Shown here piece by piece: positions 39,251 through 49,615 of a stretch of 64,000 nucleotides of DNA; the stretch's first letter is position 1; each line of letters starts with the position of its first letter. The DNA is from Pyrodictiaceae archaeon (GTDB taxonomy: Archaea > Thermoproteota > Thermoprotei_A > Sulfolobales > Pyrodictiaceae): positions 448,001-512,000 of the forward strand of contig JALVSY010000016.1 in assembly GCA_027036135.1 (NCBI GenBank), given 5' to 3'. The notes beneath the pieces were generated by a model. The model was not told where the DNA came from. It did not search any database and saw only the letters and a program-made list of their open reading frames with translations. The translations under genes and the position numbers were made by a program.

Positions 39251-40492
39251 ATGGCATCAATGCAAGTATTCCTTCGCGAGTCGCCGATCAAAAAAGAAAT
39301 TCCCTTGTTACTATCAGCTCTTGTAATCCTCGTAATAGCTGGGATAATCGGAATATCGTATTTATCTACTTTAACAATTCATAATCCGATAATAAATAAT
39401 AGTTGGCTAATTAAGCTCTACGGAGCGCATTGGTTCTTCGCAATAATGGGTTTTACTGTTGGGCTAATTTCTTCAGAAATAATGGTGCTCTTGTCGCTTG
39501 AATGGAGCGGTCGTATGGCTTCTCAATACACCATATTGTTGTTCTTAGCATTATTCTGGCCAGCTATGATACTGTATCCACTAGGTTACACTAAATTAGC
39601 GCTTATCCTCTCTGTTATTTACTTACTGTTTCTCTTCATATATGCGTCACGTGTCCTATTAGCTCCCTCCTTGATGGGGTTCAAGCCAACTCACTATAAC
39701 TATTTATTAACAGCGACACCCCTGCTCTTGGCTGCCTTAGTTACTTCATGGCTAGTAGCAAGGGTAGAAGGCAGAACGCTATTTAACTTGGCAATGGCTA
39801 CTACATCATTTCCAGTGCTGACCATAATAGCTATCGAAGGAAGGGATATACCGCTTCTTCTAGGCATAAAACCGACACGTGAATTTGTCCTAAGGAAAAA
39901 GAAAGCATTATCTAGAAGAGCAGTTACAGCATATGTGTTAGCGTTCCTAGGCATATTGATGGCGTCCTTTGAAGATACTTTAGGTCTGCTACTAGGCGGT
40001 ATAACTATTATACTATCAGCATTATTCTCTATATTTAGTACGGGTCTTATGGAGGCATTATCTCCTCAAGGGTTATCAAGTAAAACTAGGCGTGGTCTCT
40101 TCTATACTGTTATCTTAGCACAAATATGGTTAATTATAGCCGGGATATCTCTAATTGTGGCATCACTAACTAATTATCATATGGCTATCGATATGGCTGT
40201 GCACAGCATAACATTGGGCTTTATGTTCAACACTATATTCGGGGTTGACTCGGTCCTGCTTTATGGGCATGCAGGAATACCATTAAGCATGGTTCCGGAA
40301 CCAACATTTATACCAGTAATACTGCTTAATATTGCGCTGGTGCTAAGAGCGTTCTACGACTTGGCAGGAATAGCTCCTCTCCTAGCAATGCTTTCGGGGC
40401 CTCTCGTGGGAATAGCTATTCTATGGTTTTATATAAGAAACTTTACAAAAATAAGAGCAATATTGATTACTATAAAGAAAAATGTAGGATAA
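39251..40492 (+). CDS. NnrS-like (nitric-oxide response) polytopic membrane protein, AT-rich coding
   Basis: About 12 TMs; His motifs HWFFAIMGF and AVHSITLGFM. Confidence 0.6.
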   Translation: MASMQVFLRESPIKKEIPLLLSALVILVIAGIIGISYLSTLTIHNPIINNSWLIKLYGAHWFFAIMGFTVGLISSEIMVLLSLEWSGRMASQYTILLFLALFWPAMILYPLGYTKLALILSVIYLLFLFIYASRVLLAPSLMGFKPTHYNYLLTATPLLLAALVTSWLVARVEGRTLFNLAMATTSFPVLTIIAIEGRDIPLLLGIKPTREFVLRKKKALSRRAVTAYVLAFLGILMASFEDTLGLLLGGITIILSALFSIFSTGLMEALSPQGLSSKTRRGLFYTVILAQIWLIIAGISLIVASLTNYHMAIDMAVHSITLGFMFNTIFGVDSVLLYGHAGIPLSMVPEPTFIPVILLNIALVLRAFYDLAGIAPLLAMLSGPLVGIAILWFYIRNFTKIRAILITIKKNVG

Positions 40493-40687
40493 AATAATAT
40501 CATTCTTATATATAATATTTTTAATATTAAATTATAAAAATTTATAAAATATAATATTATTGAAGAGAAGTTAAGGATGCTTTTGCTCCGGTACTACTAT
40601 TACCTAGTACCTGGTACTCAGCCACACCACCCCTGGGGGAGTAGGCTGGGGCCTCTGCCTCCTGGGCCCCCTGGGGCGCTATTAGCC

Positions 40688-41617
40688 TTGAGCAGCGACA
40701 TTGTTGTTCTCGACGAATACATGGTGTTTAACGTATTATTGGCTGCCTCGCTCGGCGAGAGCATCGGGATGGCCGCTGTTCTCGGCGTCGACTCTCCGGG
40801 TATTCTTGTCTCCGGGCTCTATGCCTATGGTGCTATAACCGAGGCTATGATGATCCTAGCTGACAACATTGTTGATAATTGTGGGTTTAACCCGGAGGAG
40901 TATGCTGGTTCCTTGGCTGGTCGTGCTAGTCTCGATAACCCGTTGAGGATGTATGATCCGGGAACAGCGGAGGTCTTGCTCAAGGTTAGGAGGGGGGTTC
41001 CGTGGTGGGTTGCTCGGGAGCAGGTAAGTACTCCGAGTTCTAGGCTGGACGCGGCTGCTCGTGGCGTGCCGGTGGTACTGTTCTACTCTAATAGGCGCCT
41101 AGCAGCGACAATGGCTGTTGCCCAGGCCCTGGTCACCCATGTGGATGAGCGAGACCTTGAGGCAGCGAGGCTGTACGCGCTAGCTCTCCACACAATGCTA
41201 TACGCCGGCGTGAAGCCGGACGAGGTACCCCTGCTCCTCATGGACGAGACCGATAACTCGTTGCTAAGAGAGCTCTTGGCTCGAATCCCGGACCTGCTAG
41301 ATGAGCCGGAGCAGCGCGCCGCTAAGCTGCTTCTCCTATCGCCTTGTAAGTCGCCGCACCCTCTCGGAGTCGCCTTGTACACGGCGCTCCGCTACAATCA
41401 GCCAAGCATCGCTGCGCGCCACGCAGCAACCATATGTGGGCAGAGCAATAACGCGGTACCAGCAGCCTCGATGGCGGCAGTGCTAGCACTAGTGCTCAGC
41501 AATGGCGAGCTAGGCGGGGACAGAGTCATAGCCGAGAAGCTTGAGGCGTACGACGACCTACGTAGGAGGGCAGCAGCACTGAGGTGGGCGGCGCTTAAGT
41601 GTAGGAGCCAGTTATGA
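40688..41617 (+). CDS. ADP-ribosylglycohydrolase-fold protein with degenerate active-site motifs
   Basis: AASLGESIG (cf. GDALG), DAAARGVPV (cf. NGAAMR), QALVTH; likely TTG start at 40688. Confidence 0.6.
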   Translation: MSSDIVVLDEYMVFNVLLAASLGESIGMAAVLGVDSPGILVSGLYAYGAITEAMMILADNIVDNCGFNPEEYAGSLAGRASLDNPLRMYDPGTAEVLLKVRRGVPWWVAREQVSTPSSRLDAAARGVPVVLFYSNRRLAATMAVAQALVTHVDERDLEAARLYALALHTMLYAGVKPDEVPLLLMDETDNSLLRELLARIPDLLDEPEQRAAKLLLLSPCKSPHPLGVALYTALRYNQPSIAARHAATICGQSNNAVPAASMAAVLALVLSNGELGGDRVIAEKLEAYDDLRRRAAALRWAALKCRSQL

Positions 41618-41722
41618 AGGATGCCGGATTAGTCTATTCCTTGTCTTTCTCCAGCACCTAAATTAGGGTAACACCCGGCCTCTTACTCGGTGTAGCCGGG
41701 TAGCAAAGACCTAGTCGAGGCA

Positions 41723-42322
41723 ATGATTAATATGGGGCTTGTCTACGACCTAGTAGTCATCATTGTGTTCGCGCTAGTGGGTGGAGCTATAGGCTACGTA
41801 ACAAACGTCGTGGCTATCGAGATGCTTTTCCGGCCAAAGAAGCCTCGCTGCCTGCTCCCCGGCAAGAAGCTATGCATCCAAGGACTAATACCTGCTCGCA
41901 AAGAGGCTTTGGCAAAAAGGCTGGGAGAAGTGGCTGCCAAGTACGCATACTCTGATACGATAAGAGGACGCTACCAAGAACGCCTAGAAAAAGAGGTAGC
42001 AAGCACCGTTAGGGACGCCATAGTTGAGCGCCTAAGTGGATCAGGTATACGCAGTGCTCTAACCGAGATGCTTCTCCCCGGTATAGCGGAGATGGTAGCC
42101 AAGGCGGCAACTCCCCTAATAATGAGACTAGTGGAGGAGGCATCAAAGAGAATAAACATAGCAGAAATAGTTGAAGAGGAATTCATGAACCTGCCTGTAG
42201 AAGATATAGAGAAAATATTCCGTCAGATAGCTGGCCGCGAGCTGCGCTTCATAGAAATAATGGGCTTCGTACTCGGCGCCATAATAGGCCTAGTAGAGGG
42301 AATCATAGCACTAATAGTCTAG
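41723..42322 (+). CDS. DUF445 family membrane protein
   Basis: GGAIGYVTNVVAIEMLFRP, QGLIPARK, ELRFIEIMGFVLGAIIG. Confidence 0.9.
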   Translation: MINMGLVYDLVVIIVFALVGGAIGYVTNVVAIEMLFRPKKPRCLLPGKKLCIQGLIPARKEALAKRLGEVAAKYAYSDTIRGRYQERLEKEVASTVRDAIVERLSGSGIRSALTEMLLPGIAEMVAKAATPLIMRLVEEASKRINIAEIVEEEFMNLPVEDIEKIFRQIAGRELRFIEIMGFVLGAIIGLVEGIIALIV

Positions 42323-42413
42323 TCCTCTAGTAATGAAGAGCACCATCCCCTTCTTTTGAATCATTACTCTCCCGGGGAACCACGTAGCCTAGCCTATCGC
42401 GTAACCCATTGTG

Positions 42414-43013
42414 CTAAGCCTCTTCTAGCACCTTAACTAGCTCCTCTATGATGCTCCTAACCAGCTTGTAGCGGTAACGAAACGCTTCTGGCGGCATGTT
42501 TGCCTCATAGAAGTTCTCGTGGAGCCTTGAAGCAGTGTCTACAAGTCTATAGAACTTGTCGCGTAGGTTCCCGGGCACATTGTTCTCTATGAACCTGTCT
42601 ATCTTGCCTCGGCTCCAATGTATTACTGGTATGCCCCTTAGAGCTGCATAAAGCTTTACGAGAGCCGTGGTGGCTCCCCAGAGCTTCTCCCCAGCTTGAA
42701 TGTAGTCACCTTTCTGGTAGAGTTCATCGGCTTCTGCAAGATACTTCTCAAGGAGCCTCCGGTATCTCTCAGCACGAGTACGGGGACTCTCGTCCAGGCT
42801 TCTCAGCTCCTCTTCCACGTCCTCCACGCTCCAGCCAGAGGCCCTAGCTACCTCCTGTATCCATTCACGGTCATAGCTAGCTAGGGGCTTACCTAGCAGG
42901 AGCTTCCGATGTATATTGTAGAGCTCGGGCCATTCTCTCCGAACAAGAGCCGCCAAGCTACTATGTGTTTTCGTGGCGCGGAGCTTCCTTGCCGTGTCCA
43001 GTGTTGTTTCCAA
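42414..43013 (-). CDS. PaREP1 family protein
   Basis: GDYIQAGEKLWGA, RLHENFYE. Confidence 0.88.
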   Translation of the reverse strand: METTLDTARKLRATKTHSSLAALVRREWPELYNIHRKLLLGKPLASYDREWIQEVARASGWSVEDVEEELRSLDESPRTRAERYRRLLEKYLAEADELYQKGDYIQAGEKLWGATTALVKLYAALRGIPVIHWSRGKIDRFIENNVPGNLRDKFYRLVDTASRLHENFYEANMPPEAFRYRYKLVRSIIEELVKVLEEA

Positions 43014-43196
43014 GACTCTTAGGCCCCCTATAAGGCAGGGGGAAGACCCAATTATAACATTGTTGTATCTAGCGCTCCTAGGCCCGAGGCTGCTCCCGCA
43101 TAGGCCAGCTAATGTTGCTAGCGTTCTAGTCCCCTAGGCGGTGAAGAGAGGTGAATCCTCTCAGCTCGTTGCTGATAGGGTCGCGTAGTACCAGCG

Positions 43197-43547
43197 TTAC
43201 GTCATGCTTCTCAGCCTCGCGGAGCCCGCTAAGCAGGGGATGATGAAAACTAACGACACACGTACCCCCACACGGGCAAGGGCACGAACCATGTCATCAG
43301 AGAGCCTACCAGTCGACACAACAACACCGGGCAATCTGCCAATCTTATCAGCCAGCGCTGACACCATACCAGCAAGCTTGTACGCGGCACTATGCCTACT
43401 AGGATCAGCTACAAAGAACTGAAACGAGAAACCACCATCACTAAGAGAATAGAGCGCGAGACGATGAACAGCCAGAGGGCAGCCACGCTTAGGCAAACAC
43501 GCGACAAAGTCACGATAAATTCCTTCAAGAAAATCTAAGGCCAACAC
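43197..43547 (-). CDS. Hypothetical protein or gene fragment
   Basis: 116-aa ORF; no motif recognised. Confidence 0.35.
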   Translation of the reverse strand: MLALDFLEGIYRDFVACLPKRGCPLAVHRLALYSLSDGGFSFQFFVADPSRHSAAYKLAGMVSALADKIGRLPGVVVSTGRLSDDMVRALARVGVRVSLVFIIPCLAGSARLRSMT

Positions 43548-43571
43548 GCAACACTGCGGAATAATAGCTAG

Positions 43572-44036
43572 ATATCAAGGCTCTTCGTAACTAGCGGCGC
43601 TAGCAGTGGTATAGCAGCAACAATAATAGCAACCAGGATACTAGGCAGCTTCACCCCTGACTATATACTACCAGAGTTCAAGAAGATTAAGGGGAAGTGG
43701 CTAGATATAGCGGGAAGGCTGCACCGCTACGACATACTAGTACTGTGGATGGAAATAGCGATGCTCATAGGCATGCTGATAGAGATATACATCAAGTGCG
43801 GAGCACTCCCAATAAAATGGCTAGTGTCATCAACTAGCGCCGCTATAGCATTCTGGAGCTACCTAATACTTGGCTGGGCAGCACCAATAGCCATGTACTA
43901 CACCATGCCTAAGAAGAACAAGGTCAACATCTACCTAGGAGCAATACTGATAGCAGCCTTCGCACTAGCACTGAGATACGCTATACTACTAGCACCGCAG
44001 CTGGGCTGGAAGAACGCGGGATTCCCATTCCACTAA
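43572..44036 (+). pseudogene. 5'-truncated NrfD/PsrC-family membrane anchor (C-terminal half only)
   Basis: Open frame after TAG at 43569 reads LFVTSGASSGIAA...FWSYLILGWAAP...ALRYAILLAPQ; N-terminal helices missing. Confidence 0.7.
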
Positions 44037-44056
44037 CGAGGGGAGAAATCGCTCTC

Positions 44057-44617
44057 TTACCCAGAGCTTTTTTCTTCTGCTCCCTTCTGGAGCATTGCAT
44101 AGAGCTCGTAGAGCTTATCTATCCTCTTATTAGTCTCATCTATCCTTTTATTTACTTCTTCTATTTTGGCTAGTAGCGTAGCTTGCACAGAATCTATTCT
44201 CTTATTTGTCTCCTCGATCTTGGCAAGTAACGTCTCTTGTACTCTATCTATTCTCTTGTTCGTCTCGTCTATCTTTGCTAGTAGGGTAGACTGTACAGCA
44301 TTAATCCTCTTATTTGTCTCGTCTATTCTCTTGCTGTTTTCATCTATTTTGGCCAGGAGAGTTTCTTGTACCTTGTCTATTCTCTTATTTGTTTCATCTA
44401 TTCTCCGATTTGTCTTCTCTATCTCTTCTCTGAGCTCTCTTCTAGTCTCCCTTATCTCTTCTTTTAGCTCTCTCTTGGTCTCACGTATCTCCTTATGGGT
44501 TAGGTCTAGGTAGAGGAGCAATATATCCTCTGTACTAAGCTTCTGCTTCTTTTCAAGCTTCTCCAGAATCCTCTTCGAAACCTGGCTAAGCACCGTCGAG
44601 AGCAGTGTTTCCTCCAT
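44057..44617 (-). CDS. paREP15-like coiled-coil repeat protein
   Basis: KLSTEDILLLYL head, then IDETNKR and IDKVQETLLAK modules. Confidence 0.85.
   Translation of the reverse strand: MEETLLSTVLSQVSKRILEKLEKKQKLSTEDILLLYLDLTHKEIRETKRELKEEIRETRRELREEIEKTNRRIDETNKRIDKVQETLLAKIDENSKRIDETNKRINAVQSTLLAKIDETNKRIDRVQETLLAKIEETNKRIDSVQATLLAKIEEVNKRIDETNKRIDKLYELYAMLQKGAEEKSSG
44115..44420 (-). repeat. Modular 21-bp/33-bp coding repeats (heptad plus hendecad)
   Basis: Four I(D/N)xVQxTLLAK units interleaved with IDETNKR units; boundaries approximate. Confidence 0.8.
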
Positions 44618-44765
44618 TACTGTTGCCCTCTACCGGGCTCTCCCTCTACTTATCCTTGCTAAGTGGCGGAGATTACTATTTATAGTCTTGGCCCCGGGAT
44701 GGTTGTTGTTCTTGTCCTGTTCTGTGCTGCGTTGCTCTTTTTGACCCTGGATTCTTGTTCACGGA

Positions 44766-45995
44766 GTGCTTGGTGGCCCGGTGCTGCTCGCTTGGCAGCT
44801 CGTGGGCTTCCTGCTGGGTTACGCTGTCCTAGTGCTTGTCACTGTTCGTGGACGTAGCGCCTTAGCCGCTATTGGCTCCATGATAGCAGTCTATGCCTCG
44901 CTGGCATTGTTCCTCGCTGGGCTTGGCTCGGTAATTGGTTCTCTCCGGCACGTACTTGTCTGGAGTGATCTACGCGTATTCGTCTACGTGTTCTTTAGCT
45001 TGATGCTTGCTGGGGTTCTTAGGGAGACGGGTTACCTTGACCTAATGGTTCGCGGAGCCTCGGGTATCGGGTGCAGGTTTAGCTATGCCGCGGTACCAGC
45101 CCTGGTTGGCCTCATACCTATGCCTGGTGGCGCCCTGGTCTCGGCTATAGCTATGCGGCGGAAGTACCTCGAAGAGTCAGGGATGAGGCCTGAGTGGGCT
45201 AGTTTCCTCAACTACTGGTTCCGGCACATATGGGTACCATCTTGGCCCATATTCCAGGCAGTGATAATAACCGGTGCTGTCCTCGGCATCGCGCCTGAGG
45301 CGGTTGTCTCGAGGACTTGGCCCGAGACACTGGCAGCGATAGCAGCGGGGCTAGTAGTCGGCTACCCCGCGTTCAGGCGGTACCGATGCACGCGACGGGA
45401 GGGCGATAAGCCAGTATTGCTCCTCGTTGCCGCATGGCCCCTAATGCTACTAGCAATACTCGTCTTCGTTGTCCGCCTAAACCTCCTCGCCTCACTCGTC
45501 GCTACACTAGCAGCAACAGTACTCGTCCTAAGGCCCTCTAGGCAGCAGCTCGCCGGAGCGCTATGGCTAGCTACTAGCCCGAGGGTGCACGCCTTGCTCT
45601 TCGAGGCATTGTTTCTCAAGAACCTATTGCTCGCTACGAAGGCGCCGCCAGTATTCTATAGCGCTGCCGCTGGTCTCGGGCTACCAGCCTGGCTAATAGC
45701 AATAGTAGTGCCCTTTGTGATGGGGCTTGCTGCTGGCGGTGAGAGCTTCTTCGCGGCCACAACTATACCGCTCCTAGCAACCTATATAGCACCGGGAGGA
45801 GCCATAGACAAGACAATGTTGTTACTGGCCTTCACTGGTGGCTCAATGGGTGTGATGAGCTCGCCGGTGCACCTCTGCTTCGCGCTAACAGTTGACTACT
45901 ACCGGGCAAACCCTGCCAAGACGCTCCTCCTCGCGGCGAGCGCGGCTCTGGCAACGATACTTATAGTGGTGCTAGGCATAAGGCCCATATACTAG
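44766..45995 (+). CDS. DUF401 family membrane protein
   Basis: PALVGLIPMPGGALVSA, NYWFRH, SPVHLC. Confidence 0.88.
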   Translation: MLGGPVLLAWQLVGFLLGYAVLVLVTVRGRSALAAIGSMIAVYASLALFLAGLGSVIGSLRHVLVWSDLRVFVYVFFSLMLAGVLRETGYLDLMVRGASGIGCRFSYAAVPALVGLIPMPGGALVSAIAMRRKYLEESGMRPEWASFLNYWFRHIWVPSWPIFQAVIITGAVLGIAPEAVVSRTWPETLAAIAAGLVVGYPAFRRYRCTRREGDKPVLLLVAAWPLMLLAILVFVVRLNLLASLVATLAATVLVLRPSRQQLAGALWLATSPRVHALLFEALFLKNLLLATKAPPVFYSAAAGLGLPAWLIAIVVPFVMGLAAGGESFFAATTIPLLATYIAPGGAIDKTMLLLAFTGGSMGVMSSPVHLCFALTVDYYRANPAKTLLLAASAALATILIVVLGIRPIY

Positions 45996-46006
45996 GTCAA
46001 GAGGGG

Positions 46007-46783
46007 CTACCTAGTTATCCTCGTCATCTCTATGAGTGTCTTCCGGGCCTCGCTGCTAAGCCTAGCCCCGGCCAAAACCTTCCTCGCAAGCCGGGAGGCC
46101 TTCACCAGTATCTCGCGGAGCAGCCCGACCTCGGGGCCCTCGTAGCCAAGCTCCTCTGCTCTACGAAGAAGCTTAACAACGAGCTCGAGCTCGTTAAAGG
46201 CAAGAGAGCGCAGCACCAATAGCTCTTGGCGAGAGAGACGGGGACGCACCGAGAGCTTTTCAAGCCTCTCAAGAATACTATCGGGGTCCAGGCTAGCTAT
46301 TTGGAGGCGCAGGAGCTCAACCTCGGGGTCCCCTACCTCGTCGCCATTGCTCTCCTCGGCGTTGATACCAGCCTCGTACTCCTCAAGCGCAGCCGCTACC
46401 TCCTCGGGGCTACTGATTCTCCACCAGTGCTGATTCCTACTACTATAGCTCGTCTCCACCACGCCGTACTCGCGCTCAAGAACCCTCAGGAGCATAGAAG
46501 GGTTATACTCAAGCCCCCATGCCCGGAGCCGGTTAACAACATCACGGTAACTAAAATCCCCCAAGCGGACCCCGCGAGAACCCCGGCCAGAATAGTAGGT
46601 CTCTAGGATAGCACGTAGAACAGCATACCCCCTCTCCCCGTAACGCGCAAGGAAATCAAGTACACGCTCCCTGACACCGAGCCTAAGCTCACTCATAGTC
46701 CCCGGCACCATTTCTGCTTCATAAACGGGGAGAGGGGGCGTAGCCCCACACATAATAGGTGTGTATTGCTGCTTAGAAACCAA
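46007..46783 (-). CDS. Hypothetical protein with a probable N-terminal winged helix
   Basis: LGDFSYRDVV...YNPSMLLRVLEREYGVVETSY...HWW; start uncertain. Confidence 0.7.
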   Translation of the reverse strand: MVSKQQYTPIMCGATPPLPVYEAEMVPGTMSELRLGVRERVLDFLARYGERGYAVLRAILETYYSGRGSRGVRLGDFSYRDVVNRLRAWGLEYNPSMLLRVLEREYGVVETSYSSRNQHWWRISSPEEVAAALEEYEAGINAEESNGDEVGDPEVELLRLQIASLDPDSILERLEKLSVRPRLSRQELLVLRSLAFNELELVVKLLRRAEELGYEGPEVGLLREILVKASRLARKVLAGARLSSEARKTLIEMTRITR

Positions 46784-46887
46784 TAGCTAGATGACAAAAT
46801 GCCTTGTTGAAAACCGAGAGTAATACGAGTGTATGCTTTATGATAGTAGTGTTTGGTTCAAGCCTATTATATCTATGCGGGGCGGGA

Positions 46888-47757
46888 TTAGGATGTGTTT
46901 ATAGAGCGAAGATACTTAGCAATGGACTTTGCCAATTCCTCGTGGTACTTTTCATCACTGATTATTAGCTCCACAAGGCTGCTCACAATTTCTCTTCGTT
47001 CATCGGTGAAGAGCAGCGTTATGAGCGGAAACATTGTCCTCGAGTACCGCTCCTCTCCAGCTACATGTTCAAGTCCTACAAGTTTTTCAAAGTACTCAGC
47101 CACGTGCACAGCACTATCCTTAATCTCGTTGAGCTTCCTCTCGAGTTCCTTGACGAGCTCAGCGTACTCCCTAACATGGACATCACTGCATCGTAAAACC
47201 GCTTCCTCGAACCCTTCTGGAACCTCTAGGCCAAGCTCCCTTGCAAGCATGAGCACGACGCTGGCATGTTGCTCACTCTCCTTACTGATATAGAGCGCTG
47301 TACCCGCTACAAGGGGGTCGTTAACGGCCTTAGCTAGTAGCTCGTAAGCCCTTACAGCAATAATCTCCGCCGCGTACGTGCACGAGAAGATTTCCAAGTA
47401 GTCTTGCGGCCTTATAACAGCCTCCTCCCTGGGCGTAATGCCTAGCAATCTATATAGTTCCTCCCACCTCTCCTCCAGAATAAGCTTGGCTAGCACCCTT
47501 GGCTTTGTCTCTAACCCAAATATCTCTACCAAGGGCCTTGCAACGAAGATACAGATAGCCGCATCGAGGCCAGGGCCCTCGCCGTAGATGCTTTTTAGGA
47601 GAGACAATATAGCTGGTAAGCGCATCTCAGCTAAGAGCTCTACATAAGTCTTATTGCAACATCTTTTCGCAGCTGTGTTTAGAAGCGCTAGAGCTCCAGG
47701 GGCTAGCTTCTTCAGAGCTTTCTCTGCTTTCGCTAGAAGTTCATCCTGCAACGACAT
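46888..47757 (-). CDS. Ferritin-like di-iron domain fused to an N-terminal helical domain
   Basis: E...ESEQH and E...EKYH ligand sets in the C-terminal part. Confidence 0.7.
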   Translation of the reverse strand: MSLQDELLAKAEKALKKLAPGALALLNTAAKRCCNKTYVELLAEMRLPAILSLLKSIYGEGPGLDAAICIFVARPLVEIFGLETKPRVLAKLILEERWEELYRLLGITPREEAVIRPQDYLEIFSCTYAAEIIAVRAYELLAKAVNDPLVAGTALYISKESEQHASVVLMLARELGLEVPEGFEEAVLRCSDVHVREYAELVKELERKLNEIKDSAVHVAEYFEKLVGLEHVAGEERYSRTMFPLITLLFTDERREIVSSLVELIISDEKYHEELAKSIAKYLRSINTS

Positions 47758-48089
47758 TACCTCCCTAGCATTATTTATTCCTGCCCGTATTAGGAAAAGT
47801 CTCTAGTTAGAGAATTAGGTGAAAAGAAGGCCTTAAATAACTATTGATAATCATCCGAAAATTTTCGGCACACCTCTCTTGGGAGAAGTGCTGCCGCCGC
47901 GTCCTATCTTGCACCAATTATGGAGAGGAGTGTATGCCGACCACTCTAGCCCAGGAATAATTACTTCATTTCCATCTCTCTATTAGGTTCATGATTAGAG
48001 GAATTAGTAGGAAAGAGGCGATATTTTGTTCCCCGTCATTGTTGGAGCCTTTTTTACAACAAAATGAATGAGGGAAATGTTTACGTGGT

Positions 48090-49592
48090 TTAGCGCTTAT
48101 TGGTGCTCTTGAGTAAGCGTAGTAGTTCTATTGTTGTTCTTACTCCCCAGCCTGTTGCTCCTCCCGGATAGTAGGGTTTCCATGGGCCCTTCTCCTGGAC
48201 CCATGCTACTCCTGCTATGTCTAGGTGTATCCATGGCTTGTCCTCGACGAATTTCTCTAGGAACTTTGCAGCTGTTATCGCGCCAGCGGGTCTTCCCCCG
48301 ACGTTGTTTGTGTCGGCTACCTTGCTTTCTAGCTGCTTGGCGTAGACGGGCCATAGTGGTAGCCGCCAGACCGGTTCCCCGGCTCGTTTAGCGGCCTCCT
48401 CTACCCGTTTCGCTGCCTCCTCGTTGTTGCTGAACATTGCTGCTGCGTGGTTCCCTAGCGCTACCACGGCTGCGCCGGTCAGTGTCGCGTAGTCCATTAT
48501 GAGTCTTGGGTTGTATTTCTCAGCTGCGTAGGCAAGGGCGTCTGCTAGTATGAGCCTGCCCTCCGCGTCTGTGTTCCCTATCTCGACAGTGGTGCCGTTG
48601 TACATCCGTATCACGTCTAGTGGCTTGTAGCTCCTCCCGCTAGGAAGGTTCTCGACAACTGGTATGAGCGCCACTATCCTCAGCGGTAGCTTTAGCCTAG
48701 CAGCGGCAACTATGGCTCCTATTGCTGTTGCTCCTCCACACTTATCGTACTTCATCTCGAGCATTGACTGCGGCGGCTTGAGGTCGAGGCCGCCAGCATC
48801 AAAGGTCACCGCCTTGCCCACTAGCGCTACTGTCTCGTCGCCGCCGTTGTACTCGAGTATGATTAGCCGCGGCTCCACGTCGCTCCCGCGACCAACGGCC
48901 AGTATACCGCCCATGCCCAGGGTCTCAAGGTCCCCTCTGTGGAGAACCCTTATTCCTAGGCCTAGGCGCTCAGCTAGCTCCCGGGCAAAGTGCTCCAGCC
49001 TCACAGGGTTCATGTCGCTGGGCGGCGCGTTACCAATATCCCTTGCCACGCGTACGCCCTCCGCTATTGCTCTAGCCCTTTCAGCTGCGTCTTCGGTGCC
49101 GGGCACCACGCCTATCTCGGTCAAGACGTGCGGCGGCTCCTCCCTGCCCCGGAGAGAATAGGCATAGTTAGCCATGTCGGCCGCGACCATTAGTTGCTCA
49201 ACAACCCAGTCAGTACCCACTCCGGCCTCGGCTGCTGCGGCCTCAACAAGACCCTCACTAACAATAATCCCCAGCTTCTTGACCTGCTTCCTAGAACGAG
49301 CAAGCTTAATAGCGGAAGCAACACCAACCCTCAGCCTCTCGACAGCGTCTAGCCAGTCGCTACGAGAACCAGCACCGCTCAGGATAATCCGGGGCGGCTT
49401 CTTACCGGGATCATAGACGAGCACGGTCTCCTCGAGACCCGCGCGGAAATCACCCAGCTCCAAAACCTTGGCAGCAACACGGCTAACTCCGCGAATCCTC
49501 TCCAAGCTCTTCTCAATCTCGGCCGAGAACACATAGGCTACAGCATCTACCTCATCGGGCTTAAACCCAGACCTAATACTACCACGCAACAA
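48090..49592 (-). CDS. pepA: Leucyl aminopeptidase (M17)
   Basis: VGKAVTFDAGG, MKYDKCG, NTDAEGRL, ATLTGA, WIHLDIAG. Confidence 0.97.
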   Translation of the reverse strand: MLRGSIRSGFKPDEVDAVAYVFSAEIEKSLERIRGVSRVAAKVLELGDFRAGLEETVLVYDPGKKPPRIILSGAGSRSDWLDAVERLRVGVASAIKLARSRKQVKKLGIIVSEGLVEAAAAEAGVGTDWVVEQLMVAADMANYAYSLRGREEPPHVLTEIGVVPGTEDAAERARAIAEGVRVARDIGNAPPSDMNPVRLEHFARELAERLGLGIRVLHRGDLETLGMGGILAVGRGSDVEPRLIILEYNGGDETVALVGKAVTFDAGGLDLKPPQSMLEMKYDKCGGATAIGAIVAAARLKLPLRIVALIPVVENLPSGRSYKPLDVIRMYNGTTVEIGNTDAEGRLILADALAYAAEKYNPRLIMDYATLTGAAVVALGNHAAAMFSNNEEAAKRVEEAAKRAGEPVWRLPLWPVYAKQLESKVADTNNVGGRPAGAITAAKFLEKFVEDKPWIHLDIAGVAWVQEKGPWKPYYPGGATGWGVRTTIELLRLLKSTNKR

Positions 49593-49615
49593 GGCCTAAT
49601 CTCCTCTTCTCTGCC

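Noticed and set aside
40490-40562. Replication origin unwinding element
   Set aside because: No ORB-like repeats and no cdc6/orc1 gene nearby
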